Positions 34,340 through 51,812 of a stretch of 64,000 bases of DNA are shown here, piece by piece. Source of the DNA: the human T2T-CHM13v2.0 reference genome, Homo sapiens; assembly GCF_009914755.1 (NCBI RefSeq), contig NC_060934.1. One strand, written 5' to 3'. A program made the position numbers and the translations under genes. The notes under the pieces are model-generated. The model was not told the DNA's origin. It made no database searches and was given only the letters and a program-made list of their open reading frames with translations. Position 1 is the first letter of the stretch, and each line of letters opens with the position of its first letter.

Positions 34340-34960
34340 GAGCATGGTAGGAATGGGGACAGATGGCAGTGTTAAGTAGAGTGGTCAGGGTTGGCCTCAT
34401 AAGTGAATATTGAGCAAAAGTTTGAAGCAGGTGATGGAGCTGGCCAAGGTGCTGAGGGAAGAGCATTGTAGGCTGAGTCAACAGGATAAAGGCATTAGAA
34501 GGAAACTCTCTGGTGTGTCTGAGGCTCTGGAAGGAGGCCAGTGGAGCAAAGAGATAGAGGGAGTGAAGTCAGCGAGGAGGCCAGGGAGTTGCTGGGCTGG
34601 GATTGGTACAGATTGTGTAAGCCCTGGGACGCTATTGCTGGGGCTTTGGCTTTTACTCTGACTAAAATGGGAACCACCGAGGGCTTCTGAGCAGAGAGGC
34701 GATGTGATCTGTCTCCTGATTTAAAAGCACGAACTGGCTGCCAAGTTGAGAAAGACTATGGGAAGATTTGGGTAGAAGCATGGGGGCCAAGCTGTGGCAA
34801 CATCCCGGTGGGAGATTATAGTGATCCTGACTGGGTTCACGGTGGTGGTGAGAGATGGTCAGAGCCTGGATACATGTTGAAGTCAGTCAGTAGGATTTCC
34901 TGACAGACTGGATGTGAGCTGTGAGAGAAGGCAGTGGTCAAGGTTGACTTTGATTCTGAT
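34340..34960 (-). mobile_element. L2 fragment (copy at 46620-47270)
   Basis: ctttggcttttactctga...gagggcttctgagcagaga...taggatttcctgacagactggatg. Confidence 0.7.
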
Positions 34961-35937
34961 TGAATTATTAAGTAATTTTAAAAAACACTACTGCCTTTCC
35001 CAATCCTACCAAGTAAAGGATGCTAGATAAAAGAAATCTCAAGTCAGGCCAGGTGCAGTGGCTCACACCTGTAGTTCCAACAGTTTGAGAGGCAGAGATG
35101 GGAGTATGTTTTAAGGCCATGAGTTTGAGAGCAGCCTGGGCAACACAGCAAGACCTCGTCTCTACAAAAATAAAAAAAAATAAATTTAATAAAATAAATA
35201 TAGCCAGGCATGATGGTATGTACCTATGGCCCCAGTTACTCATGTGGCTGAGATGGGCAGATCTCTTGATTCTAGGAGTTTGAGGCCAGCTTGGGCAACA
35301 TAGCAAGACTTCTCTCTCTACAAAAATGAAAAAAATGCCTGACATGGTGGTACTTGCCTGTATTCCCAGGTATGGGGGCAGCTGAGGCAGGAGCATCTCT
35401 TGAGCCCAGTTGGTCGAGGTTGCAGTGAGCTATGATTATACCACTGCACTCCATCCTGGGTGACAGAGTGGGACCCTGTCTCAAAATACAAATACAAATG
35501 AAATCTCAAGTCAGACCAGTCCCTTCTAGGCTATGTAGGCCTTGTAACCACATAGCTGCATGATCGGGTTTGTGTGGCTGTGGATGAGGAGACCCCTGTC
35601 CAATTGTTGGCTATGTAATCAGTTTATTTTTCAATATAGTAATCAAATATATTTCATCATACTTGATGGTCTCAGATATGTGTGGATTTTGGAATTCCCC
35701 TTGGAACAGGTTGTAACATCTTATTGGCTCCATAATTCCATAATTTTTTAAATCTGATCAGTTTTTAATAAGATCAGAATTGATATTAGACTACTTAATC
35801 GGTTTTGTTAATGAGAAAATGAAATTGTGTTGTTTGCATTTTATCCAAGATGGGTGTCATATTGGCTAAATCTCATCAATACTTGAACAAATGCAAAATT
35901 AGAGTTTCTTTATCATGAAACACGATGTAATTCTTGA

Positions 35938-36276
<339 letters not shown>

Positions 36277-36639
36277 TAATAAACAGCTGCTATCATTGCA
36301 GACTTGCTATTTAGGCACTTAGGAATTTTTCACTAGAAGGCATGTAAATAAAGACCATGGGCATTTGTAATGAATTTAGGGTTCATTCTTTGACTACATG
36401 ACTGTCCCCAGAGCTGTAACTTTATTGAATTTTTTAGAAGCCATTTAGCTAGCAACTGAGCCTAACCAGCCACTCACCGTCATTATTCAGTGCTCTTTTA
36501 TTATTGTCTATTTCTCCTCCAACTTGGCTACACTCACAAAGTGATAAAAACTTGCATTTGTTTTCTTTCCTTTTCAGAGACAGCGTCTTGCTCTGTTGCT
36601 CAGGCTACAGTACAGTGACATGATCATGGTTCACTGTAG

Positions 36640-36735
<96 letters not shown>

Positions 36736-36879
36736 TAGAGACGGGATCTTGCCACGTTGCTCCGACTGGGCTCAAAACTCCTGACCTCAAGTGATCCTCC
36801 TGCCTCAGCCTCCCAAAGTGCTGGGATTACAGGCAGGCATGACCACCTGTGCCCAGCCCCCTATTATTATTATTATAAA

Positions 36880-37735
36880 TAATAGCTTTATTAAAATATT
36901 CACATACCATTCACTTTATTTATTGAAATCTGCAATTCAGTAGGTTTTAGAATATTCACAGAGCTGTGCATCGATCACCCACAGTCACTTTTAGAACCTT
37001 TCATTACCCTATAGAGAAATCCATACCCCTTAGCCACTACCTCCTACTCTCCCCACCTACCTTCGCCCCAGCCTTAGGCAACCATTGATTAATTTTTTGT
37101 CACTATAGATTTGCCTAATCTGGACAAATAGAATTGTACAATATGTGATCTTTTGTGGCTTTTTTTCCCTCTTAGCACAGTGTTTTCAAAGTTCCTTTAT
37201 GTCATAGTGTGTATCAATATTTCATTCCGTCTATGGCAGTATTCCATGGTAGAGACACACTGCATTTTGTTTATCTGTTCATCAGTTGGTGGATATTTGG
37301 GTTGTTTCCATGTATTCCATGTATTGGTCATTATGAATAATGCTGCTATGAAGATTGTTGTACAAGTTTTTGTGTGGACATATATTTTTATTTTTCTGGG
37401 ATATATGCCTAGGAGTGAAATTGTTGCATTATAAGATGACTGTACATTTAGCCTTTTGAGAAACTGCCAGACTGTTTTCTAACATGGCTACACCAGTTGG
37501 GTACAATGGCTCACACCTGTAATCCCAGCTACTCAGGAGGCTCAGCTAGGAGGATGGCTTGAGCCCATGAATTCAAGACCAGCCTGGGCAAGATAGTGAA
37601 ACCCTGTCTTGATTTTTTAAAAATCCAATTAAAATGACAAGAAAAGAAATACCCAAACAAAATGGTTACACGATTTTATGTTCCCGCCAGTAATGTATGT
37701 GGGTTCCAATTCCTCCACATCTTCACTGACATTTT
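36880..37735 (-). mobile_element. L1M 3' fragment interrupted by Alu
   Basis: atattcacataccat...attcacagagctgtgca...ggatatatgcctaggagtgaaattg. Confidence 0.8.
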
Positions 37736-38169
37736 TTTTTTTCTAGATAGGGGCTTGCTCTGTCTCTCAGGCCGCAGTGCAATGATGCCATCACAGTTCA
37801 CTGCAGCCTTGACCTCCCAGGCACAAGTGATTCTCTCATCTCAGCCTTCTGAGTAGCTGAAAATTACAGGTGTATGCCACCATGCCTGGCTAATTTTTAT
37901 ATTTTTCTGTAGTGATGGGATTTTACCATGTTGCCCAGGCTGGTCTCATACTCCTGGCCTCAAGTGATCTGCCCACCTCAGCCTCCCTAAGTTCTGGAAT
38001 TACAGGCTGCCACCATGCCCGGCCTCCACCAACATTTGCCATTATCTGTTTTTTTTTCTTCCTTTATACCTTAAAGCAGTATAAGAACAAGTGTCTTCAA
38101 TTATAGGAAACAGTATAATCCCAGGGCATTGGGAGGCTAAGACAGGAAGATGTCTTGATGCCAGGAGTT

Positions 38170-38495
<326 letters not shown>

Positions 38496-38634
38496 TGATG
38501 CCAGGAGTTTTAGACTAGCCTGGGCAACCTAGCAAGACCTTGTCTCTACAGAATATTTAAAAATTAGCCAAATGTGGTGGTGCCTGTGTATAGTCTCTCT
38601 CCCTCTCTCTCTTTTTTTTTCTTTCTTTTTGTGA

Positions 38635-38949
<315 letters not shown>

Positions 38950-39148
38950 TGATTGCTTCATCAGCAAGGACCTGGTTATTGGGCTGTCCAGGCCTCCCAA
39001 GCAGCACAGAAATGAGGTGAAGGAGTTTTCCTGCTGCTCCACTCTGTAAGGAGTTGGAGGGTGATGTTTACTCGTTTGCAGAGAGAGATGCCTTGTAGGC
39101 ACCTCAGGATGGAGAGGACCCTGATTCCAATGTCCTTTTTTTCTTTAG

Positions 39149-39272
39149 AAACAGGACCTTGCCCTGTCACTCAGGATGGAGTTCAGTGGTCCTATCATGG
39201 TTCATTATAGCCTCAAACTCCCAGGCTCAAGCAATCCTACCATGTCAGCCTTCCCAGTAGCTGGGACTACAG
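39149..39272 (+). ncRNA. Candidate antisense-Alu exon (124 bp)
   Basis: ttttttctttAG|aaacagg...ctacag|GTAAGC. Confidence 0.55.
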
Positions 39273-40667
39273 GTAAGCATCGTGACACTCAGTGAATTTT
39301 GTTTTTATTTTGTTGTAGAGATGGGACCTCAGTATGTTGCCACGGCTGACCTTGAACTCCTGCACTCAAGGGATTTTCCTGCCCTGGCCTCCCGAAGTAT
39401 TGGTATTACAGGCATGAGCCATTGTGCCCACCGTCTCTGGTTCTTAACCTTCTGCCTCCCTCTTCCAGTTTTAAAGAATGCTTGTAATTACACGGGCTCT
39501 CCTAGATACTCCAGGATAGTCTTGTTTTAAGGTCAGCTGATGAGCAACATTAATTTTATCTGCACTCTTAATTCCCCCTTCCTATGTAATTGTGCTGTGT
39601 AACATAGGACATGAGCAATTGCTGGCAGTGGGGGTTATTATTTTGGCCACCACAGTAACTATTTTATGCCAGGTACTCAGCTAAGCACTGGTGAATTAAG
39701 CATGAATAACACACACTCCCTAATCTCCATCCATTCATGGGAGGAGCACCTCACCTGCCATGCTCCTGAGAATCTCAGGAGTCAAAGAAGTCTTCTATGA
39801 GGAGGTGATGCCAAAGCAGACAAGTGACAGAGGAGTCAAAGCTAGCTAGGAAGAGAGTAGAGGTTTAAGGGGAAGCATATTATAAGCAGAGGATATTACC
39901 CACTTCAGAGACTCCCAGAGGAGAAAGAGTGTGCGTTGAAGGGGCAGATGAGGCTCAGTTGGACTTCATAGCAGATGAAATGGAGAGGGGCAAGCAGTAA
40001 GGCTGCCTTGCAAGGCAGGGCAGAGCAGGGGCTGTTAAGGAGTTTGGACTTAATCCCTGAGGCAAGGAGAAGTGATGTAAATGGAGTAACATGATGAGAT
40101 TCATGGATTAGAGACATGGCTCAGGCTGCTGTAGAGAAGGCACCAGGGAGAGCAGATGGCTCAATGGGTGTGCAGGAGACCTCTCACTGAGTTTAGGGAG
40201 AGGTTTTTAAAACAGAAGAAGTTTGAGTAATTTAAATGATGATGGGAAGGAGCTAAAAGTGGGGGATAGGTTAAAGATACAGGGAAGTGGGAGGAAGAAC
40301 TGACAAGTGAGGTTCCAGAGAGGGCAGGAGAAGAGGAGATTCCCATAGGGGGATTAACACTTTCTTTTCTTTTTTCTTTCTAAGACAGGGTCTCACTCTG
40401 TCGCCCAGGCTGGAGTGCAGTGGCACAATCTTGGCTCACTGTAGTGTAGACTTCCCAGGCTCAAGGGATTTCTCCCACCCCAGACTCCCAAGTAGCTGGA
40501 ACTACGGGTGTGCACCACCACCACACCTGGCTAATGTTTCTTTTTTTGGTAGACACAGGGTCTCACTATTTAGCACTGATTGGTCTCCAACTCCTGGCCT
40601 CAAGTGATCCTCCTGCCTAGGCTTCCCAAATTGCTGGGATTACAGGCATGAGCCACAATGCCTGGCC

Positions 40668-42125
<1,458 letters not shown>

Positions 42126-42426
42126 TGAAATTATTCCCTTACTCCCAGTCTGTGGAAAAATTGTCTTCCACACATTCACTCTGTTTTTTGGTAGAGGCAG
42201 GGTCTTAATATATTGCCCAGGCTGATCTCAAACTCCTGGCCTCAAGTAATATACCTCTCTCAGCCTCCCAAAGTGCTGAGATTACAGGCATAAGCCACCA
42301 CCCTCAACCAAGACTTTCTTAAACCAAATAAAAATTAAGTGAGATTACTTGAGCCCAGGTGGTCAAGGCTGCAGTGAGCCTGATTGCACCACGACTCCAG
42401 CCTAGGTGACAGAATGAGACTGTCTC

Positions 42427-42704
42427 AAAAAATAAAATAAATAAAATAAAATAAAATAAAATAAAATAAAATAAAATAAATAAAATAAAATAAAATAAAA
42501 TAAAATAAAATAAAAAAAATAAAATAAAATATAAAATAAAATAAAATATAAAATAAAATATAAAATAAAATAAAATATAAAATAAAATAAAATATAAAAT
42601 AAAATAAAATATAAAATAAAATAAAATAAAATAAATATAAAATAAAATAAAAAAATAAAATATAAAATAAAATTAAAATAAAATAAAATAAAATAAAATA
42701 AAAT
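42427..42704 (+). repeat. Expanded (TAAAA)n Alu-tail repeat
   Basis: ~280 bp of A/T pentamers with occasional interruptions. Confidence 0.97.
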
Positions 42705-42867
42705 ACAAATTAACCCTTTATGACATTCCCAGTAACTTTCCCTCCTAAGTGTTCCCCACAAGTCTTTGAATTCTGTTTAATTTTCACATAACATTTAAGA
42801 CATTTAAGAACTTATGTCTATCTGTGTCATCCCTTTATGTCAAAAGATGTCTTTTTGTCACTTCCAG

Positions 42868-42932
42868 CTGGATCTACCATGAAAGACTTCTGAATCCAGG
42901 AAGAGAGACTGACTGGGCAACATGTTATTCAG
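42868..42932 (+). ncRNA. Candidate lncRNA exon (65 bp), copy 2
   Basis: ctttttgtcacttccAG|ctggatc...ttcag|GTACAA. Confidence 0.55.
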
Positions 42933-43604
42933 GTACAAAAAGATTTGGACTATAACTTAAAAATGATCAAATAATAGTGCATGCATCAAGTGCAATGGGA
43001 AGCTCTTCTGGAGAGTGAGATAAGCTTCCAGTTAAGGTGACATTGAAGCCAAGTCCTGAAAGATGAGGAAGAGTTGCATGAGAGTGTGGAGGGAAGGGGG
43101 AGGTGGAGGGATGGGGAGTGGGCTGGGATGGGATAGCGCAAACTGCCCGGGAAGGAAAACCAGCACTGTACAGACCTGAACAACAAAGATGGCATATTTT
43201 GTTCAGGGAATGGTGAATTAAGTGTGGCAGGAATGCTTTGTAGACACAGTAATTTGCTTGTATGGAATTTTGCCTGAGAGACCTCATTGCAGTTTCTGAT
43301 TTTTTGATGTCATCATCCATCACTGTCCTTGTCAAATAGTTTGGAATAGGTATAATGATCACAATAACCCCAAGCGTAATATTTCGTTAATTCTCACAGA
43401 ATCACAGGTAGGTGTCACAGTTATCCCCATTTTATGAATGGAGTGATGAAGCCTTAGGAATAATGAAAGATTTGCCCAAGCTCACCTGGATATTAAGACT
43501 GAGTCAAATGTTGGGTTTGGTCTGATTTTAATGTTTGCTTTGTTCATGAGCACCACATATTGCCTCTCCTATGCAGTTAAGCAGGTAGGTGACAGAAAAG
43601 CCCA

Positions 43605-45090
<1,486 letters not shown>

Positions 45091-45641
45091 TTTTCTTTTT
45101 TTTGAGACAGAATCTTCTGTGTCATCCAGGCTGGAGTGCAGTGATGTGATCATAGCTCACTATAGCTTTGGCCTCCTGAGATCAAGCAATCCTCCCATCT
45201 CAACCTCCCAAGTAGCTAGGACTACACATGCATGTCACCCATGCCCAGCTCATTTTTGTAGAGTCAGAGTTTCGCCATGGTGGCCAGGTTGGCCATGTTG
45301 GCCAGATGGGGTCTTCTTTTGTTGCCCAGGCTGGCCACAAATTCCTGGGCTCAAGTGATCCTCCCACCTCGTCCTTGTAGAGATAAGATTTAGTTATGTT
45401 GTCCAGGCTGATCTCAAACTCCTGGGCTAAATCGATTGTCTCACCTCAGCCTCTTAAGTAGCTGGGACTACAGGCGCATACCACCATGTCGGGCTAATAT
45501 TTATTTTTATTTTTTTCTAGAGGTGGGGGTCTCACTGTATTTTTCATGCTAGTTTCAAACTTTGGGCCTCAAGTGATCCTCCTGCCTTGACCTCCCAAAG
45601 TGTTGGGATTCTGGGTGGGAGCCACCATGCCCAGCAATCAC

Positions 45642-45993
45642 AAGGGTCTTTATAAAAGAAAGAGAGTAGGAGATTCAGAATTGGAGCAGGAGATGTGGTG
45701 ATGAAAGCAGAGGTAAGAGAGGGAGATTTGAAGATGCTTCACCTCTGGCTTTGAAGATGGAATCAGGGGCCGTGATCCAAGGAATGGGGGGTGGCTTCTA
45801 GAAGCTGGAAAAGCCAAGGGAACATATTAGAGTCTCCAGAAGGAATGCAGCCCTGCTGACACCTTGACTTTAGCCTTAATAGACCTAGTTTGGGTGTCTG
45901 GCCCCTAGAACTGTAAGATGGTAGATTTGTGGTGTTTTAAGCCACTAAATATAGGAAACTGCAAACTACGTTGCAGCAGCAAGAAGAAATGAA
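45642..45993 (+). mobile_element. MLT1 fragment copy 2
   Basis: Paralogous to 33394-33743. Confidence 0.78.
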
Positions 45994-46182
45994 CATGAAG
46001 CCAGGCATGATGGCTCATGCCGGTAATCCCAGCACTTTAGGAATTTAGGCAGGAGGATCACTTGAGGCCAGGAGTTCAAGACCAGTCTGGGCAACATAGT
46101 AAGACCTTGTCTCTACAAAAAATGAAAAAATTGGCCAGGTGTGGTGGCTCACACCTGTAATTCCAGCACTTTGGGAGGCTTA

Positions 46183-46380
<198 letters not shown>

Positions 46381-46416
46381 CTACAGCCTGGGCAAGAAGA
46401 GTGAAACTCTGTCTCA

Positions 46417-46668
<252 letters not shown>

Positions 46669-47954
46669 TCAGGGGTGGCCTAAGTGAAAATTGAGTAAAG
46701 ACTTGAAGGAGGGGAAGGAGGTGGCCAAGGTGCTGAGGGAAGAGGATTGTAGGCAGAAACAATAGAATAAACTGTCTGAGGTGTGTCTCCGGCTCTGGAA
46801 GGAGGCCCATGGAGCAGATGGAGAGAGGGAGAGAATTAGGGGAGGGAGCCAGGGAGTTGCTGGGTGGGGATCAGTACAGATCACATAAGCCCTGGGAGGT
46901 TATTGGTGGGGCTTTGGCTTTTACTCTGACTCAGATGGGAACTGCGGGAGGGTTCTGAGCAGAGAGGTGACATCATCTGTCTCCCGATTTAAAAGTATTC
47001 TCTGGCTGCTGAGTTGAGAAAGACTGTGGGAAGATGTGATAGAAGCATGGGGGCCAAGCTTTGGCAACATCCAGGCGGGAGATGATGGTGGTCCTGACCA
47101 GGGTCGTGGTGGTGTTGAGAGATGGTCAGAGGGGAGAAGTAGGGGAGGAGGCCAGGGAGTTGCTGGGTGGGGATCTTTAGTAGATGTCGAAGACAATCAA
47201 CAGGATTTCCTGACAGACTGGATATGGGGTGTGAGAGAAGGCAGGGGTCAAGGTTGAGTTTGATTGTTACTGAAATTATTAAGTAATTTTAAAAAACACT
47301 ACTGCCTTTCCCAATCCTACCAAGTATGGGATGCTAGATTAAAGAAATCTCTTCAGGCTCATTGCAATGGCTCATGCCTGTAGTACCAGCTGTTTGGTAA
47401 GCAGAGGTGCGAGTATCTTTTAAGGGCAGGTGTTCAAGACCAGCCTGGACAACACAGCAAGATCTGCTCTTTACAAAAATATTTTTCAAAATTAAATAAA
47501 TGTAGCTAGGCATGGTGATGTGTACTTGTAGTTTCAGCTACTCAGGAGGCTGAAGTGGGCAGATCTCTTGAGGTCAGGAGTTTGAGGCCAGTTTGGGCAA
47601 CATAGCAAGACCCCTCACTCTACAAAAAAATTAAAAAAACCAGGCATGGTGATACTCAACTGTACTACCAGCTACTGGGGAGCTGAGGCAGGAAGATGGC
47701 TTGAGCCCAGGAGGTCGAGGCTGCAGCGAGCTGTAAGTGCACAGCTGCACTCCAGTCTGGGTGACAGAGCAGGACCTGTCTCACAATACAAATAAAAATA
47801 CAAGTAAAATAATACCTCAAGTCAGAGCCTTTTGGCTCTGCAGCCCTTGCAACCCCTCAGCCGTGCAGTGGGGTTTGCGTTGCTGGGAATGAGGAGACCC
47901 CTGCCCGGTGTTGTTGCCTGACTAATCAGTGTTTTAAAACATATATTAATCGGG

Positions 47955-48251
47955 GTGGGCGCGGTGGCTCACACCTGTAATCCCAGCACTTAGGGAGACC
48001 CAGGCAGGTGGATCACCTGAGGTCAAGAGTTCAAGACCAGCCTTGCCAACATGGCGAAACTCCTTCTCTACTAAGAAAATACAATAATTAGCTGGACATG
48101 GTAGTGGGCGCCTGTAATCCCAGCTACTTGGGAGGCTGAGGTAGGAGAATCGCTTGAACCTGTGGGGCGGAGGTTGCAATGAGCTGAGATTGAGCCACTT
48201 CACTCCAGCCTGGGCAAAAGAACAAGACTTTGTCTCAAAGAAAAAAAAAAA
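47955..48251 (+). mobile_element. Alu
   Basis: Full-length forward Alu. Confidence 0.9.
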
Positions 48252-49796
48252 GTATTATATCAACATGTAATGGTTTTATTATTAATATGTAATGAATACT
48301 AAATATTTTTAAAATTTTATATCAACATGTAATGGCTTTAATATGTGATGAATAATATTTTAAAAATTGTGTCTTATTTTCTGGTTTTAATATAATTATC
48401 TACAGAAAGAGTCTTAGAGATCTTCAATAAAGTTAAAAAAGGTAAAGGGATGTTAGACCCCAAAAGATTGAGAATTTCTAGTTTAGAAATATTCAGAGTA
48501 AGCCACATACAACTTGCTACTTGAACTATTTTTTTTCTTTGTTTTTTATTTTAGGAGATGGGGTCTCACCCTGTCACCCAGGCTTGAGTACAATAGTGCT
48601 ATCACAGCTCACTGCAGCCTTGAACTCCTGGGCTAAGGATCCTCCTACCTGAGCCTCCTGAATAGCTAGGACTGTAGGTATACATGACGATACTTGGCTA
48701 ATTTTTAAATTGTTTTGTAGACATGGGGTCTCACTTTGTTGGCCAGGCTGGTGTCAAACTAATGGCCTCAAGTGACCCTTCCACCCCTGCCTCCCATCCT
48801 AGAGGTATGTGCCACCACAAGGAGCACTTGTTCAATTTTCTAAAGAAAAAATTTCTAAAGTAAGGCTGTGGGATGATGGCAGGAAGATAAAAGAAAAACA
48901 GAAGAATAAGTTAAAATGACTTATTCACACATATTCTTTTGACAGCAAGAAGAACTTTTAGTATATACATTCCTTACAAACAAACAAAAGGCAGATAAAC
49001 AATGTTGTGTAGGAACTTCAACACACACTGTACAATATTCCCACTTTGCTGACATAAGTTATGGAAATTTCGTGGTTTACTTGAGTGTCGCTACCAGTAT
49101 TTTGCTTCTCTGATGATTTTTATCAACTTCCTCATCTGTTAACTTCTCTCCAAGGTATGTCATGTCACGACATACTGCCGCTGCACGAACATGGCCAGTG
49201 TCTTCCTATTAAACATGTAGAATGCTTTCCTAATTTCTCTTTTTACTCTCTGTCTTTGTGTTTTGCATTTTCCTTACTTTTATTGTCGGAAACTCCAGAA
49301 AGTCAATCGTACTAATTTATCACGATTTGCTTTATTAATTTATACTTTGGTTATATGGAATTTTGCCCAACAGACCTCATTACAGTTTCTAACCTGTTTT
49401 ATTTTGTTTTTTTTTTTCTGAGACAGGGTCTCCCTCTGTTGTCCAAGGCTGGAGTGTAGTAGTGCTATCGCAGCTGACTGCAGCCTCAACCTTCCAGGCT
49501 GAAGCGATCCTCCCATCTCAACCTCCCACGTGGCTGAGACTACAGGTGCTTGCCACTATGCCCAACTAATATTTGGAATTTTCGTATACGTGGATTCCAG
49601 AGGGGTGACAGCAAAACGTGAGTAAGCATGGATTTTGGTATATGCAGAGATGGGGGGCTGGAACTAATTCTGTATACTGAGGGACGGCGACTGTATATGT
49701 TTTTACAATTACGCTGTAGGATACATACTGTTGCATAGCCTTGAAAATAATAATTTTTAATTGAGTGGAATAATAATATTGATAAAAGTAGCAGCT

Positions 49797-50095
49797 GGCC
49801 AGGTGTGGTGGCTCACACTGGTAATCGCAACACTTTGGGAGGCTGAGGCAGGAGGATGGCTTGAGGCCAAGAGTTTGCGATAGGCCTTGGAAACAAAGGG
49901 GGAGTCACCATCCCTACAGAAAAATACATGAATTAGCCTAGTGTGGTGGCATGTTCCTGTAGTCCCAGCTACTTGGGAGGCTGAGGTGGGAACATCACTT
50001 GACCCCAGGGAGGCTGAGACTGCAGTGAGTCATGATCAGGCCTCTGCACTCCAGCCTGGGTGACAGAGTGAGACCCTGTCTGAAAACAACAAAAA
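49797..50095 (+). mobile_element. Alu present only in the second copy of block X
   Basis: TSD aaaagtagcagct 49784-49796 / 50093-50105; empty site at ~27531-27541. Confidence 0.9.
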
Positions 50096-51393
50096 AGTAG
50101 CAGCTAACATCAACTGACCTTTTATACCAGGTGCCTATTGATATCATAGTTTAATTTCTTATAACTGCTTCTTATTTCACTTACCAACTCTGTCTTCAGT
50201 TACTCCCAGATTTTTACTGTGTTTGTACAGATGACCTTTTGTTTAGATTGAATTGTCTCCCCAGAAGTAAGATTACTGTGAGACATGGTGAATGGACATT
50301 CTCATTACCCTTGATGTAAATTGACAGGGTTTTGGGTGCCTCCCAGCTATAATCTTAGCACTTTGGGAGGCTAAGAGAGGAGGATTGCTTGAGGCCAAGA
50401 GTTGGAGGAGGCTGTATGGCAGTATGGTGAGACCCTGTCTCCATTATTTTAAAAAATTGACAAGCTTTACCCGGGAAGGCTTATACACAATTTAAACACC
50501 CCTCATAGTATAAGAGAGTGCCCATTTCACTGCACCTTTGCCAGCACAGGGTATTATAATTTAGTAAGTCATTTTTTGTTTGATTATTTTAAATAGATAA
50601 AAGACCTCATATTACTTTACTTGTCTCATTTCAACATCTTTCCTTAGCTTATTAGCTGTATTTCTTTTCTGTCTGTAAATGATTGTTGTTTTGTTCTTTG
50701 AGACAGGGTCTTGCTCTGTCACCAGGCTGGACTGTAGTGGCATAATCATACCTCACTGCAGCCTTGACCTCCCAGGCTCAAACTTCAGCATTCTGAGTAG
50801 CTGGGACTACAAGTGTGCACCACCACTCCCAGCTAACTTTTTTCTTTTTTTTGGATAGAGACAGGGTCTCACTGTGTTGTCCAGACCGGTCTCTAGCTCC
50901 TGGCCTTAAGCAATCCTCCTGCATTAGCTTCTCAAATTGCTGGAATTTCAGGCATGAGCCACCATGCCTGGCCTGGGCTAGTCCTGTATTCTCTAGAGTT
51001 TTCTTTACTTTGTGCTAGCCAATCTCTCATTATGCTGTTCACCTGTTCTAATGAATAATTCTCCATATTAAATTTTACCACTTTAAACTCTTGAGTGTTT
51101 TATGCTTCCTGATTGGACTCTGACTAATATGTTAGGAAGGGTCCCAGGAGATAAACCCACACATGGGATTTGGGCATAGGTTTGGTTTCCCAGGGGGCAG
51201 TGCTGAGCTCTTTGCCAGTGGGAAATGGGATGCTGGTGATTTCCAGGAAGTGACCTCACAGTGACTCAAGCTACCACTTACTGTTGATTGTGATGAAATG
51301 CCAGCTGAGGCACATGCCTTGGGAGCTAAGTGGTTGCTGCCCTTGACCACTATGAAGACTGGTGTGGGAAGGGTCGCTTTGGATGCACTTGAG

Positions 51394-51812
51394 CAGGGGT
51401 CCCCAACCCCTGAGCCATGGAGCCGTAAGGAGCCACACAGCAGGAGGTGAGTGGTGTCGAGTGAGGGAGTGAGGAAAGCTTCGTCTGTATTTACAGCCAC
51501 TCCCCTTTGCTCACATTCCCGCCTGAGCTCCACCTTCTCAGATCAGCAGCAGCATTAGATTCTCATAGGAGAACGCACCCTGTTGTGAACTGTGCATGTG
51601 AGGGATCTAGGTTGTGCTGTCCTTATGAGAATCTAATACCTATTGATCTGTCACTTTCTCCCATCACGCTCAGGTGGGACCATCCAGTTGCAGGAAAACA
51701 AGCTTAACATGCCCACTGATTCTACATTATGGTGAGTTCTATAATTATTTTATTATATATTACAGTGTAATAATGGAAATAAAGTGCCTAATAAATGTAA
51801 ACGTGCTTAAAT
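51394..51812 (+). mobile_element. MER1A copy 2, 3'-truncated
   Basis: caggggtccccaacccc start; homology to 41725-42125 stops at gtgcttaaatc. Confidence 0.85.
51674..51731 (+). ncRNA. Candidate MER1A-derived exon (58 bp)
   Basis: ttctcccatcacgctcAG|...ttatg|GTGAGT; upstream donor gag|GTGAGT at 51447. Confidence 0.6.

Noticed and set aside
42402-42761. Hydrophobic FILFY ORF resembling a membrane protein
   Set aside because: Translation of the (TTTTA)n repeat.
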